Source: Mycobacteriales bacterium (GTDB lineage: Bacteria > Actinomycetota > Actinomycetes > Mycobacteriales > SCTD01). Taken from it: DNA of 64,000 nucleotides. Both the position numbers and the translations under genes were made by a program. The notes under the pieces were generated by a model, which was given only the letters and a program-made list of their open reading frames with translations, ran no database searches and had not been told where the DNA came from. Below, piece by piece: positions 10,388 to 19,671 of this stretch. Position 1 is the stretch's first letter; the number at the start of each line of letters is the position of its first letter. The DNA lies in contig JBBSKF010000001.1 in assembly GCA_038256525.1 (NCBI GenBank), forward strand, positions 9,706 to 73,705, in the 5' to 3' direction.

Positions 10388-11788
10388 GTGGTGGGCCCTA
10401 CCGGGCTGGGGCAGGGTCGACGGAGCGATGTTGGACCGCCAGGAGAGGGGAAGGAGCCGCGCTATGAACCTGCCCGCTCCACGCTCAGCGCGTCGGCGAC
10501 GCCGCGGCCGACCCACTCACCAGAACTCGCGCCTGCGACGGTCGTGACCATCCGCACGCGCGAGGACGTCGCCGCGCACGTCGACGCCGCCATCCACTTC
10601 GGCGTCCCCGGCGTCGTCGGTGCCGAGCTCGAGTGGCTCGTCGTCGATCGGCCCTGCGCGCGGACACGGCCCGGCCTCGAACGCGTGTCGGCGGCTGTCC
10701 AGGGAGCCGGTGCGCTGCCCGGGGGCAGCGTGCTGTCGACCGAGCCAGGCGGGCAGCTGGAGTTCTCATCGGCGCCGCAGCAGGGACCGGGGGCCGCTGT
10801 GCGCGCGCTCGCCGCCGATGTCGACGCCGTCCGGGCCCCGCTGTCCGCCGCCGGAATCGGGATGAGCGGGATGGGCGCCGATCCCTACCGTCCGCCGGTC
10901 CGGCTGGTCGAGAGCTCTCGCTACGACGTGATGGAGGCCTTCTACGCCCGGATGGGGGAACCGTGCACGAGCGCCGGCCGGGCGATGATGTGTTCGTCGG
11001 CGGCGGTGCAGATCTCGCTCGATGCCGGTACGGCCGGCACGGGCGTCCAGTCGGCTGGGCAGCGGTGGCAGCGCGCCCATGCGGTCGGCCCGGCGCTGGT
11101 CGCCGCGTTCGCCTGCTCGCCGGTTCTCGAGGGGGTCCGCACCGGCTGGCAGTCGACCAGGCAGCGCTTGTGGGCTGACATCGACCCTTCCCGCACACGG
11201 CCGCCGGACCCCGATCTCGGCCCGGTCGAGGCACTCACCGAGCTCGCCATGTCGGCCCAGGTCATGGCCGTCTGCGACGGGGCGCGGGACTGCCGGCCAG
11301 GTCCGCGCGGCGCCAGCTTCGCCGAGTGGATGGCCTCGGGCGGCCGGAGCACGGCCGAGCTGGACTACCACCTGACCACGCTGTTCCCGCCGGTGCGGCT
11401 GCGCGGCTGGCTCGAGCTGCGCTATCTCGACATGCTGCCCGATCCGCTCTGGCAGGTGGCGGTCGCGGTGGCGGCCGCGGTGCTGGACGACGACCGCGCC
11501 GCCGACGCCGCCCGAGCCGCGTGCGCCCCGGTAGAGGGGCGCTGGCGGGACGCCGCGCGGCTGGCCACCCGCGATGCCGACCTCGCCGCAGCAGCCCGCG
11601 GTTGCCTGCTCGCAGCTGCCGAGGCGCTGCCCCGCATGGGCGCAGCCGACCTCGTACCCGCCGTGCTCGGATATCTCGAGCGCTACACCGCTCGCGACCG
11701 GTGCCCGGCCGATGACGTGCTCGAGGCGCACCGCGCCGGCGTGCCCGCCGCGGCCCTGCTCGCCGGGGCCATCCAGGTGTCGGCATGA
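10388..11788 (+). CDS. egtA: Glutamate-cysteine ligase family protein EgtA
   Basis: GCS2-type GAELEWLVVD motif and operon context with egtBCDE. The true start may be downstream (for example GTG 10544). Confidence 0.75.
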   Translation: MVGPTGLGQGRRSDVGPPGEGKEPRYEPARSTLSASATPRPTHSPELAPATVVTIRTREDVAAHVDAAIHFGVPGVVGAELEWLVVDRPCARTRPGLERVSAAVQGAGALPGGSVLSTEPGGQLEFSSAPQQGPGAAVRALAADVDAVRAPLSAAGIGMSGMGADPYRPPVRLVESSRYDVMEAFYARMGEPCTSAGRAMMCSSAAVQISLDAGTAGTGVQSAGQRWQRAHAVGPALVAAFACSPVLEGVRTGWQSTRQRLWADIDPSRTRPPDPDLGPVEALTELAMSAQVMAVCDGARDCRPGPRGASFAEWMASGGRSTAELDYHLTTLFPPVRLRGWLELRYLDMLPDPLWQVAVAVAAAVLDDDRAADAARAACAPVEGRWRDAARLATRDADLAAAARGCLLAAAEALPRMGAADLVPAVLGYLERYTARDRCPADDVLEAHRAGVPAAALLAGAIQVSA

Positions 11789-13113
11789 GCGTCACCCAGC
11801 CCGCCCCGCCGGCCGTCGACCGCATCCGCGCGGACCGCATCGTTGCGGAGCTGAAGGCGAGCCGGGACCGCTCGCTCGCCCTGCTCGCTCCGCTGGACGA
11901 GGCCGAGCTGACCCGGCAGGTCTCGCCGCTGATGTCGCCGCTCGTCTGGGACCTTGCCCACATCGGCAACTACGAGGAGTTGTGGGTGCTCCGGGCGGTC
12001 GGGGGGATCGAGCCGCTCCGGCCCGAGATCGACTGTCTTTACGATGCTTTCGAGCAGCCGCGGGCCATCCGCCCGACGCTGCCGATCCTCGGGCCGGCCG
12101 CCACCCGGGCCTACCTGTCCGGCGTGCGGTCCTGTGCCCTCGACATTCTCGAGCGCACTGCCCTGGACGGCTCACCGCTGGTGCGCGACGGCTTCGTGTT
12201 CGGCATGGTCGTACAGCACGAGCACATGCACGACGAGACCATCCTCGCGACGCTGCAGCTGCGCGGCGGCCCGCGCACCCTTGCTCCCGACCAGCCGCTC
12301 CCGAGCGGCCGTGCGGTGCCTGTTCACGACGACGTGCTGGTCGCGGGCGGGTTCTCGGTCCAGGGCACGAGCACCGATCCGTGGGCGCTGGACAACGAAC
12401 GGCCCGCGCACCGCGTCGATCTCCCGTCGTTCCGGCTCGACCGGGTGCCGGTCACCAACGCAATGTTCGCGCGCTTCGTCGATGCGGGCTGCTACGCCGA
12501 TCCGCGCCTGTGGAGCGAACCGGGCTGGGCCCACCTGCGGGAGTCGGGCCGCACCGCCCCGATGACGTGGCAGCGCGACGGGGCCGGCGGTTGGACGTGC
12601 ACCCGGTTCGGCGAGACCGAGGCGGTCGAGCCTGACGCCCCGGTCGAGCACGTCTGCTGGTACGAAGCGGACGCCTACGCCCGCTGGGCCGGCCGCCGGC
12701 TGCCCACCGAGTCGGAGTGGGAGAAAGCCTGTGGCTGGGATCCTTTCGCGCAGCGGCTGCGGCGTTATCCTTGGGGCGAGGAGGACCCCACACCGGAGGT
12801 GGCCAACCTCGGCCAGCGGGCGACCCGCCCGGCTCCGGTCGGCGCCTACCCCGAGGGCGCATCGGCGTACGGCGTGGAACAGCTGGTCGGCGATGTGTGG
12901 GAGTGGACGAGCTCGGGCTTCGACGCCTGGCCCGGCACCCGCCCGTTTCCGTACCGGGAGTATTCCGAGGTGTTCTACGGCGGCGACTACCGCGTGCTGC
13001 GCGGCGGGTCATGGGCGACGCACCCGACCGCGGTGCGCACCACCTTCCGTAACTGGGATCTGCCCGTGCGACGGCAGATCTTCAGCGGGTTCCGCACTGC
13101 TGTCGATGTGTAG
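11785..13113 (+). CDS. egtB: Ergothioneine biosynthesis sulfoxide synthase EgtB
   Basis: N-terminal DinB-like region (VWDLAHIGNYEE, HEHMHDE iron ligands) and a C-terminal FGE-sulfatase domain (RGGSWAT). Its start overlaps the egtA stop by 4 nt. Confidence 0.9.
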   Translation: MSVTQPAPPAVDRIRADRIVAELKASRDRSLALLAPLDEAELTRQVSPLMSPLVWDLAHIGNYEELWVLRAVGGIEPLRPEIDCLYDAFEQPRAIRPTLPILGPAATRAYLSGVRSCALDILERTALDGSPLVRDGFVFGMVVQHEHMHDETILATLQLRGGPRTLAPDQPLPSGRAVPVHDDVLVAGGFSVQGTSTDPWALDNERPAHRVDLPSFRLDRVPVTNAMFARFVDAGCYADPRLWSEPGWAHLRESGRTAPMTWQRDGAGGWTCTRFGETEAVEPDAPVEHVCWYEADAYARWAGRRLPTESEWEKACGWDPFAQRLRRYPWGEEDPTPEVANLGQRATRPAPVGAYPEGASAYGVEQLVGDVWEWTSSGFDAWPGTRPFPYREYSEVFYGGDYRVLRGGSWATHPTAVRTTFRNWDLPVRRQIFSGFRTAVDV

Positions 13114-13121
13114 GGCCGTCG

Positions 13122-13868
13122 ATGTGTAGGCATGCGGCCTGGTTGGGTCGGCCCCGCACGCTGCGGGATCTTCTCGTCGACCCGCCGTACGGGCTTGTGC
13201 AGCAGTCCTTCTCGCCACGCCGACAGCGCTACGGCACCGTCAACGCCGACGGCTTCGGGGTGGGGTGGTTCTCGGCTGAGCGGACCGCGCCGGCTCGCTA
13301 CCGACGGGCGGTGCCGATCTGGTCGGACCCGTCGTTCGCGTCGCTCGCCGGGGTGGTGCGCTCGGGGTGCGTGCTCGGCGCGGTGCGCTCGGCGACGGTC
13401 GGCGGTCCGGGCGGGGAGGAGGCGTGCGCGCCGTTCCTGCTGCCCGGGGGGGTGCTGCTCTCGCACAACGGTGCGGTGCCGGTCGCCGCGATCGCGCCGC
13501 TCGTGTCACCGGCCGCGCTGGGGGCTGTCGGCTCGACCGTCGACAGCGCCTTTGTCGCGGCATCGGTCGCGGACCGCCTCGCCGGACCGTCCGGCGGGGG
13601 GCTCGCCGCGGCGCTTGCCGCCACTGTGAGGGCGGTCGCGGCCGTCGCCCCGGCGGCGCGGCTGAACCTGCTCGCCACGGACGGGGCCGTGGTCGCGGCG
13701 ACGACCTGGGGCGACACCCTGTGCTTCCGGATCGCCGACGGGGGAGTGGCGGTTGGCTCGGAGCCCTCGGATGACGAGGCCGGCTGGACCGATGTCCCCG
13801 ACCGCAGCCTGCTCGAGCTCTCCGGTGACGGATGCACCGTCACCGCTCTTTCGGAAGGTGTCCGATGA
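13122..13868 (+). CDS. egtC: Class II glutamine amidotransferase EgtC
   Basis: [10 protein letters not shown]-terminal nucleophile Cys. It sits between egtB and egtD. Confidence 0.85.
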   Translation: MCRHAAWLGRPRTLRDLLVDPPYGLVQQSFSPRRQRYGTVNADGFGVGWFSAERTAPARYRRAVPIWSDPSFASLAGVVRSGCVLGAVRSATVGGPGGEEACAPFLLPGGVLLSHNGAVPVAAIAPLVSPAALGAVGSTVDSAFVAASVADRLAGPSGGGLAAALAATVRAVAAVAPAARLNLLATDGAVVAATTWGDTLCFRIADGGVAVGSEPSDDEAGWTDVPDRSLLELSGDGCTVTALSEGVR

Positions 13869-14830
13869 CTCGGCTCGACCGCCACCTCGGCCCCGACGCG
13901 ATGCGCGAGGCTCTCGAGGCCGACGTGCGGGCCGGACTGACCGCGACGCCGAAGACGCTTCCCCCCAAGTGGTTCTACGACGCCAGGGGATCAGCCCTGT
14001 TCGACGAGATCACCCGGCTGCCGGACTACTACCCCACCCGCAGCGAGCGGGCGGTCCTCCGCGAGCGGTCGGCCGAGATCGCCGAGCTGACCGGCGCGGA
14101 CACCCTTGTCGAGCTCGGAAGCGGCACGTCGGAGAAGACCCGGCTGCTTCTCGACGCCCTCTCGGCCGCCGGAACGCTGCGGCGCTTCATCCCGTTCGAC
14201 GTCGACGAGTCGGTCCTCACGATGGCCGGGAAGTCGATCGATCAGGAGTATCCCGGCATCGAGGTGCACGCTGTCGTCGGCGACTTCGAGCACCACCTGT
14301 CGCTGATCCCCGCCGGGGGCCGGCGCCTGTTCGCCTTTCTGGGCGGGACCATCGGCAACCTGCTGCCGGCCGAGCGCGCGTCGCTGCTGTCGAACCTCGC
14401 CTCCACGATGGCCTCCGGTGACGCCCTGCTGCTCGGCACCGACCTCGTGAAGGACCCGGCCAGGCTGATCGCGGCTTACGACGACTCGAGTGGTGTCACC
14501 GCCGACTTCAACCGCAACGTGCTGCGTGTCGTCAACCGCGAGCTGGACGGGGACGCCGACGTGGATGCCTTCGCTCACGTAGCGGTCTGGGACGCCGAGC
14601 AGGAGTGGATCGAGATGCGCTTGCGGTCGCTGCGGACGCAGACCGTCCGGCTCGAGGCGCTCGACCTCGACGTCGAGTTCGCCGAGGGTGAGCTGCTGCG
14701 TACCGAGATCAGCGCGAAGTTCCGCTCGGAGCGGGTGCTGGAGGAGCTCAGCGAGGCCGGTCTGCTGCTGTTGCGGTGGTGGACCGACGAGGGGGGCGAG
14801 TTCGGCGTCAGCCTGTCGGTGAAGAGCTGA
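13865..14830 (+). CDS. egtD: L-histidine N-alpha-methyltransferase EgtD
   Basis: [32 protein letters not shown] and [13 protein letters not shown] fold. ATG 13865 overlaps the egtC TGA (ATGA). Confidence 0.9.
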   Translation: MTRLDRHLGPDAMREALEADVRAGLTATPKTLPPKWFYDARGSALFDEITRLPDYYPTRSERAVLRERSAEIAELTGADTLVELGSGTSEKTRLLLDALSAAGTLRRFIPFDVDESVLTMAGKSIDQEYPGIEVHAVVGDFEHHLSLIPAGGRRLFAFLGGTIGNLLPAERASLLSNLASTMASGDALLLGTDLVKDPARLIAAYDDSSGVTADFNRNVLRVVNRELDGDADVDAFAHVAVWDAEQEWIEMRLRSLRTQTVRLEALDLDVEFAEGELLRTEISAKFRSERVLEELSEAGLLLLRWWTDEGGEFGVSLSVKS

Positions 14831-14887
14831 CGCACGAGAGGCCGCCAGGCGGAGCCAAGCTGCCCAGCTGGTGCGTGACCCCGTTGG

Positions 14888-15020
14888 CCCGCCCGCCCGC
14901 CCAGCCCCCAGCCCCCAGCCCCCAGTCCCCAGCCCTCGCTGATCATGCAGTTGTTGCTCGCCTGCTGAGCGTGAGGGGTGTGCAGTAACTCCATGATCAG
15001 CGCGGGGTTTGGGGTGGCGG
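14888..15020. repeat. Palindromic intergenic element, copy 1 (C-tract arm, 58-nt core GATCATG...CATGATC, G-tract arm)
   Basis: (CCCCCAG)n tracts at 14900-14937, core at 14941-14998 and GGGGTTTGGGGTGG at 15004-15017. The core is the same length as the core at 38056-38113 and identical at 43 of 58 positions (manual alignment). Confidence 0.7.
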
Positions 15021-15033
15021 CAGACTGCGACCC

Positions 15034-16098
15034 ATGAACCTGCCGTGGATCGACGACCGCGTCCCGACGACGGTCGTGCACCTGGACGTCGCGGGCGCCG
15101 GGCGGCCGTCCCGGGCGGTGCTCGCCGCCGAGATCGCCCATCTGCAGGCCGAGGCGGAGGGCGGCGGCTACGTCGCGCAGTCCCACGCCGAGCCCGCCGT
15201 CGATGCCGCCCGGGCGGCGCTCGGCGCGATGGTCGGCCTGACCGGCGACGACGTCTGCTTCCTCGACGGAGCGGGCACGGCGTTCGCGACCCTCCTGGCT
15301 GCCTGGCCGCTGCCACGCGGCGCCCGGATCGGGATGGTCCCCAGCGAGTACGGCGCCAATGCCCGGGCCCTTCGCCGGCTGGCGCCCGAGCGCGGCTGGC
15401 AGCTGGTGGTCCTGCCGGTTGACGAGCTCGGTCGGATCGTCGATGTGCCGGCCGATCTCGACCTGCTGACCTTCCCTCAGGTGGCCAGCCAGCGCGGCAT
15501 CGCACAGCCGGTCGGCGAGGTCTTCGACTCGGGTGCGCCGCTGCTGCTCGACGTCGCGCAGTCGCTCGGTCAGGTCGAGGTGCCGCCGGGGTGCGCGGCC
15601 TATGTCGGCACGTCGCGCAAGTGGCTGTGCGGCCCGCGCGGTGTCGGCTTCGCGGTCGTCGACCCGGTCGTGCAGGCCGCCCTCGTCGAGCCACCGACAC
15701 TTGCGCCCACGCATGGCTCGGGGATGCGGCGGTGGGAGGCGCAGGAGGCCCATGTCGCCGGCCGGGTCGGCCTGTCGGTGGCTGCGCAGGAGTGGACTCC
15801 GGAGCTGTTGCCGGAGATCCACCGGCTTGCCGCGCAGCTGCGCGCGCAGGTGGCGGACACTCCTGGCTGGCAGGTCCGGGAGCCGGTGGACGAGCCGACC
15901 GGGATCACCACGCTGTCCGGGGGTGACCCGGTGGCGACACGGGCCGCCCTGCTCGCCGACGGCTTCGTCACCTCCGCGATACCGACGAGTCGCGCGGACG
16001 ACCTCGCCGGGCCGGTGCTGCGCATGTCCACCGCCGCCTGGGTGCGCGACGACGAGCTGGAGCGGCTCGCCCGGACGCTGGCTCGTCGTACGAAGTAG
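15034..16098 (+). CDS. egtE: PLP-dependent C-S lyase EgtE
   Basis: Aminotransferase class V-like protein with a TSRKW lysine region. It is the last gene of the egt cluster. Confidence 0.8.
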   Translation: MNLPWIDDRVPTTVVHLDVAGAGRPSRAVLAAEIAHLQAEAEGGGYVAQSHAEPAVDAARAALGAMVGLTGDDVCFLDGAGTAFATLLAAWPLPRGARIGMVPSEYGANARALRRLAPERGWQLVVLPVDELGRIVDVPADLDLLTFPQVASQRGIAQPVGEVFDSGAPLLLDVAQSLGQVEVPPGCAAYVGTSRKWLCGPRGVGFAVVDPVVQAALVEPPTLAPTHGSGMRRWEAQEAHVAGRVGLSVAAQEWTPELLPEIHRLAAQLRAQVADTPGWQVREPVDEPTGITTLSGGDPVATRAALLADGFVTSAIPTSRADDLAGPVLRMSTAAWVRDDELERLARTLARRTK

Positions 16099-16108
16099 GT
16101 TCCGGCAG

Positions 16109-17203
16109 ATGAGCGCTCTGCAACAGGGTCCGCTGCATGACCGTCATGGCGCCCTCAGCGCCAAGCTCGCCGACTTCGGCGGCTGGCACATGCCGATCGA
16201 GTACGCCGGCGGCGGCGTGCTCAAGGAGCACCACGCGGTGCGCGAAGCGGTCGGTCTGTTCGATGTCAGCCACCTTGGCAAGGGGTCGGTACGCGGCCCG
16301 CGGGCGCTCGAGTTCGTCAATGACCGGCTCACCGGCGACCTGCGCAAGATCGGCCCGGGACGGGCGCAGTACACCCTGTGCTGCAACGAGAAGGGCGGAG
16401 TGGTAGATGATCTGATTGCTTACGTGCGTAGCGAGGACGACGTCTTCCTCATCCCCAATGCCGCGAACTCGAGCCAGGTTGTCGCCCGGCTGGCCGCGGA
16501 GGTGCCCAGTCATCTGCTCGTCGAGGACCTGCACCGCAGCCTCGCGGTGCTCGCCGTGCAGGGGCCGCGCAGCGCTGAGCTCCTCGCGGCGCTGGGCCTG
16601 CCGGTCGAGCACGGCTACATGTCGTTCGTCTCGGTGGACTGGCAGGGCCTCCCGCTCGTCGTCTGCCGCAGCGGCTACACCGGTGAGCTGGGCTTCGAGC
16701 TGCTGCCGCGATGGGCGGACGCGGGCCGCCTATGGGATGCCTTGCTCGAGCAGGGCGCGCCGCTCGGAGTGCTGCCGTGCGGGCTCGGCGCCCGCGACAC
16801 CCTGCGCACTGAGATGGGCTATCCCCTCCATGGGCAGGACCTTTCGCCGGAGATCACCCCCGTACAGGCAAGGTCGGGTTGGGCCGTCGGGTGGGACAAG
16901 CCGCGCTTCTGGGGGCGAGAGGCGCTGCTGCGTGAGAAGGAGGCTGGGCCGCGGCGCCTGCTGCGCGGCCTCGAGTCGCTCGACCGCGGCATCCCTCGCG
17001 CCCACATGGGCATCTCCCGCGACGGACAGCGGGTGGGGGAGGTCACGAGCGGGACGTTCTCGCCGACCCGCAAGCTCGGCATCGGCCTCGCCCTGCTCGA
17101 TGCCGTCATCGGTGAGGGCGACGAGGTCGAGGTCGACATCCGCGGTCGCGCCTCGAGGATGCGTGTCGTACGACCGCCCTTCGTGCCGTCGCGGGTGCGC
17201 TGA
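16109..17203 (+). CDS. gcvT: Glycine cleavage system aminomethyltransferase T
   Basis: [42 protein letters not shown] and YTGELGFEL. The track ORF was trimmed to ATG 16109. Confidence 0.9.
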   Translation: MSALQQGPLHDRHGALSAKLADFGGWHMPIEYAGGGVLKEHHAVREAVGLFDVSHLGKGSVRGPRALEFVNDRLTGDLRKIGPGRAQYTLCCNEKGGVVDDLIAYVRSEDDVFLIPNAANSSQVVARLAAEVPSHLLVEDLHRSLAVLAVQGPRSAELLAALGLPVEHGYMSFVSVDWQGLPLVVCRSGYTGELGFELLPRWADAGRLWDALLEQGAPLGVLPCGLGARDTLRTEMGYPLHGQDLSPEITPVQARSGWAVGWDKPRFWGREALLREKEAGPRRLLRGLESLDRGIPRAHMGISRDGQRVGEVTSGTFSPTRKLGIGLALLDAVIGEGDEVEVDIRGRASRMRVVRPPFVPSRVR

Positions 17204-17206
17204 CCG

Positions 17207-17719
17207 GTGACCCGGATCCTGCTTCTCGGGCTGATGGCTTCGGGCAAATCGACTTTGGCAAAGGCTATTTCGAACTTGTCGGGCTGGCCGGCCATCGACA
17301 ACGACGTGCTGCTGGAGCGCGCTACCGGATCGACTGCGGCGCAGCTGCTCGCGACCCACGGCGAGCAGCATCTGCGGGCCGCGGAGTCGGACGTGCTCAC
17401 CCTGACCCTGTCCCTGCCCGCGCCGATGGTGGCAGGGGTTGCCGCCGGAACGGTGCTCGATCTGCACAACCGCGAGCGCATGCGGTCCGGCGGGCACGTC
17501 GTCTGGCTGCGCACGCCCGTGTCGACGCTCGTACGCCGGGTGTCCCGCCCCGGGCACCGGCCCTTCGTGACCGACGATCCCGCGGCTGTCCTTCGCGCGA
17601 TGGCCGCCGAGCGCGAGCCGCTGTTCGCAGAGATCGCTCACCAGGTGCTCGACATGGACTCGCTGAGGCCGGCATCGGCCGCGCGCCAGGTCCTCGATGC
17701 CGTCGCGTTGCGCAGCTGA
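17207..17719 (+). CDS. P-loop kinase, shikimate kinase-like
   Basis: LLLGLMASGKSTLAK Walker A motif in a protein of about 170 aa. The GTG start lies 4 nt after the gcvT stop. Confidence 0.55.
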   Translation: MTRILLLGLMASGKSTLAKAISNLSGWPAIDNDVLLERATGSTAAQLLATHGEQHLRAAESDVLTLTLSLPAPMVAGVAAGTVLDLHNRERMRSGGHVVWLRTPVSTLVRRVSRPGHRPFVTDDPAAVLRAMAAEREPLFAEIAHQVLDMDSLRPASAARQVLDAVALRS

Positions 17720-17729
17720 GTACGCAAGG

Positions 17730-17948
17730 ATGCCCCTCATGGTCTGGAGTTGGCGCTATGAGGACGCGGGCGGCGCCGTGGTCTCGCCCGCCGAGTCGGC
17801 GCCTGCGCAAGAGCCGTTCCCGAGCCAGGCAGACGCCGAGAGCTGGGTGGGGGAGTTCTGGCGCGAGCTGCTCGAGGCCGGCGTCGCGCAGGTCACGTTG
17901 CTGGAAGGGGACCGGGAGGTCTACGGCCCGATGGGGCTGAACGTCTGA
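17730..17948 (+). CDS. Small hypothetical protein
   Basis: MPLMVWSWRYEDAGG... in a GC3-rich frame with no recognisable domain. Confidence 0.4.
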   Translation: MPLMVWSWRYEDAGGAVVSPAESAPAQEPFPSQADAESWVGEFWRELLEAGVAQVTLLEGDREVYGPMGLNV

Positions 17949-18055
17949 CGGTGCGATCGTCCGGCTCACCGGATCGGGACTGACCCGATGTGCCCACCAG
18001 GCCGCGACACGCCCGGCGCAGGGGCGGCTTCGGTGGCGGTCCGCTGGGTGCCGAC

Positions 18056-19057
18056 CTACGGGCGGCGGGCCGGGCTCAGCGTCTTCGCCGGGTCGCGCTC
18101 CACGACGTCACCGAGCACCTCGTCGATCGCGGCGAGCAGGTCGGCGTCGAGCGTGCGCCCGGCCGCAGCAGCGTTCTCGCGTACCTGCTCCGGACGTGAC
18201 GCCCCGATGATCGCGGAGGCGACGTTGCTGTTCGACAGCACCCAGGCGATCGCCAGCTGCGCGAGCGAGAGCCCGGTCTGCTCGGCGAGCGGGGTGAGCT
18301 GCTGCACCTTGGTGAGCACCTCGTCGCGTAGCCAGCTCGAGATCATGTCGGCGCCACCGCTCTGGTCGGTGGCCCGCGACCCGGCGGGCAACTCGGCACC
18401 CGGCTGGTACTTGCCGGTCAGCACGCCCTGCGCGATCGGCGACCAGACGACCTGCCCGATGCCGGCCTGCTCGCACACCGGAACCACCTCGGCCTCGATG
18501 ACCCGCCAGAGCATGTTGTACTGCGGCTGGGAGGACACGATCCGGTCCAGGCCCATCGTGTCGGCGAGCTCCAGCGCCGCCGCGATCTCGGACGCCTTCC
18601 ACTCGCTGACGCCGATGTAGTGCACCTTGCCGGCCCGTACGAGGTCGTCGAAGGCCCGCAGCGTCTCTTCGAGTGGCGTCTCGTAGTCGTAGCGGTGCGC
18701 CTGATAGAGATCGACGTAGTCGGTCTGCAGCCGCTTCAGCGAAGCGTGGCAGGACTCGAGGATGTGCTTGCGGGACAGGCCGCGGTCGTTGCGGCCCGCA
18801 CCGGTCGGCCAGTAGACCTTGGTGAACAGCTCGTAGGACTCGCGCCGGACCCCCTTCAGTGCCGCGCCGAGGACGGTCTCTGCCTTGGTGGCGGCGTAGA
18901 CGTCCGCAGTGTCGAAGGTCGTGATCCCCACATCGAGGGCCGCGTGGACGCACGCCGTGGCCTGCTCGGCCTCGACCTGCGAGCCGTGCGTCAGCCAGTT
19001 TCCGTAGCTGATCTCCGAAACCATCATGCCGCTGCGCCCCAGGCGCCGGAAGTCCAT
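18056..19057 (-). CDS. Aldo/keto reductase
   Basis: MDFRRLGRSGMMVSEISYGNW, TFDTADVY and the length are typical of the AKR family. The ORF was trimmed to ATG 19057. Confidence 0.85.
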   Translation of the reverse strand: MDFRRLGRSGMMVSEISYGNWLTHGSQVEAEQATACVHAALDVGITTFDTADVYAATKAETVLGAALKGVRRESYELFTKVYWPTGAGRNDRGLSRKHILESCHASLKRLQTDYVDLYQAHRYDYETPLEETLRAFDDLVRAGKVHYIGVSEWKASEIAAALELADTMGLDRIVSSQPQYNMLWRVIEAEVVPVCEQAGIGQVVWSPIAQGVLTGKYQPGAELPAGSRATDQSGGADMISSWLRDEVLTKVQQLTPLAEQTGLSLAQLAIAWVLSNSNVASAIIGASRPEQVRENAAAAGRTLDADLLAAIDEVLGDVVERDPAKTLSPARRP

Positions 19058-19076
19058 GCGCCCGACCGTACGTCGC

Positions 19077-19622
19077 TCAGTCCGGGCGCGGCCCACCGGG
19101 GGACACTCGCGCGGGGGGCAGTCGGAAGCGACGGAAGACTGTGGAGCGCAACACGCCGTACCCGATGTGGTTGGTCATCTTGCGCTCGTCCGGGAAGTCG
19201 GCGCGCACGTTGCGCCGGATCGCCCCGGCCGTCAGCACGACGTCGGCGATCATCGCGAGGATGCCGGCCAGCCAGACGGTCAGGGCGAGGTCGAGGACCC
19301 GCCGGTTGCCCGATATCTGCGCGATGACCAGCAGCAGGGCGAGCGGCAGCAGCAGCACTCCCACGTTCCGCCGGCGGTCGACCGTGTCCCGGACCACCGC
19401 GCGGACCGGCCCCGCGTCACGCTTTGCGAGGTAGCGCTCCTCACCCCGGGCGGCGCCCTCCTTCACGCGGGTACGGGAGGCGGCCGCCTGCTCCCGGGCA
19501 CGCTTGGCCGCCTCCTTCCGCGTCTGCGGCGGTGGTGCGACCGGGCCGGTGCGCCGGCGCTGCGCCTCGCTGCGCTTGGGCGTCGGGCGGCCCTTGCCGG
19601 TCGGGGGATTGAGGGAACTCAC
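19077..19622 (-). CDS. DUF3043 family membrane protein
   Basis: Basic N-terminus (GKGRPTPKRSEAQ) followed by two TM helices, as in actinobacterial DUF3043 proteins. GTG start at 19622. Confidence 0.7.
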   Translation of the reverse strand: MSSLNPPTGKGRPTPKRSEAQRRRTGPVAPPPQTRKEAAKRAREQAAASRTRVKEGAARGEERYLAKRDAGPVRAVVRDTVDRRRNVGVLLLPLALLLVIAQISGNRRVLDLALTVWLAGILAMIADVVLTAGAIRRNVRADFPDERKMTNHIGYGVLRSTVFRRFRLPPARVSPGGPRPD

Positions 19623-19629
19623 CGGGCAA

Positions 19630-19671
19630 CTGTAGCGACGCCTTTCACCAGTCAGGGGGGTGTCGCTACAG
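19630..19671 (-). terminator. Hairpin overlapping the stop codon of the 19666-21039 gene
   Basis: Perfect 10-bp inverted repeat CTGTAGCGAC (19630-19639) / GTCGCTACAG (19662-19671). There is no U-tract, so function is uncertain. Confidence 0.3.

Noticed and set aside
14935-15005. Small minus-strand peptide shared by both palindromic elements (MEL...HAQ...N.MI..GWG.GA.G)
   Set aside because: The apparent peptide similarity follows from the DNA conservation. The frame runs on into antisense egtD with no stop or RBS, and the plus-strand frame of copy 1 contains a stop. A structured nucleic-acid element is the simpler explanation.
13991-15700. 569-aa minus-strand ORF spanning egtD, the intergenic element and egtE
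   Set aside because: Its composition is Arg/Pro/Gly/Ala-rich and typical of an off-frame or antisense reading of high-GC DNA. The plus strand encodes clearly recognisable EgtD and EgtE.
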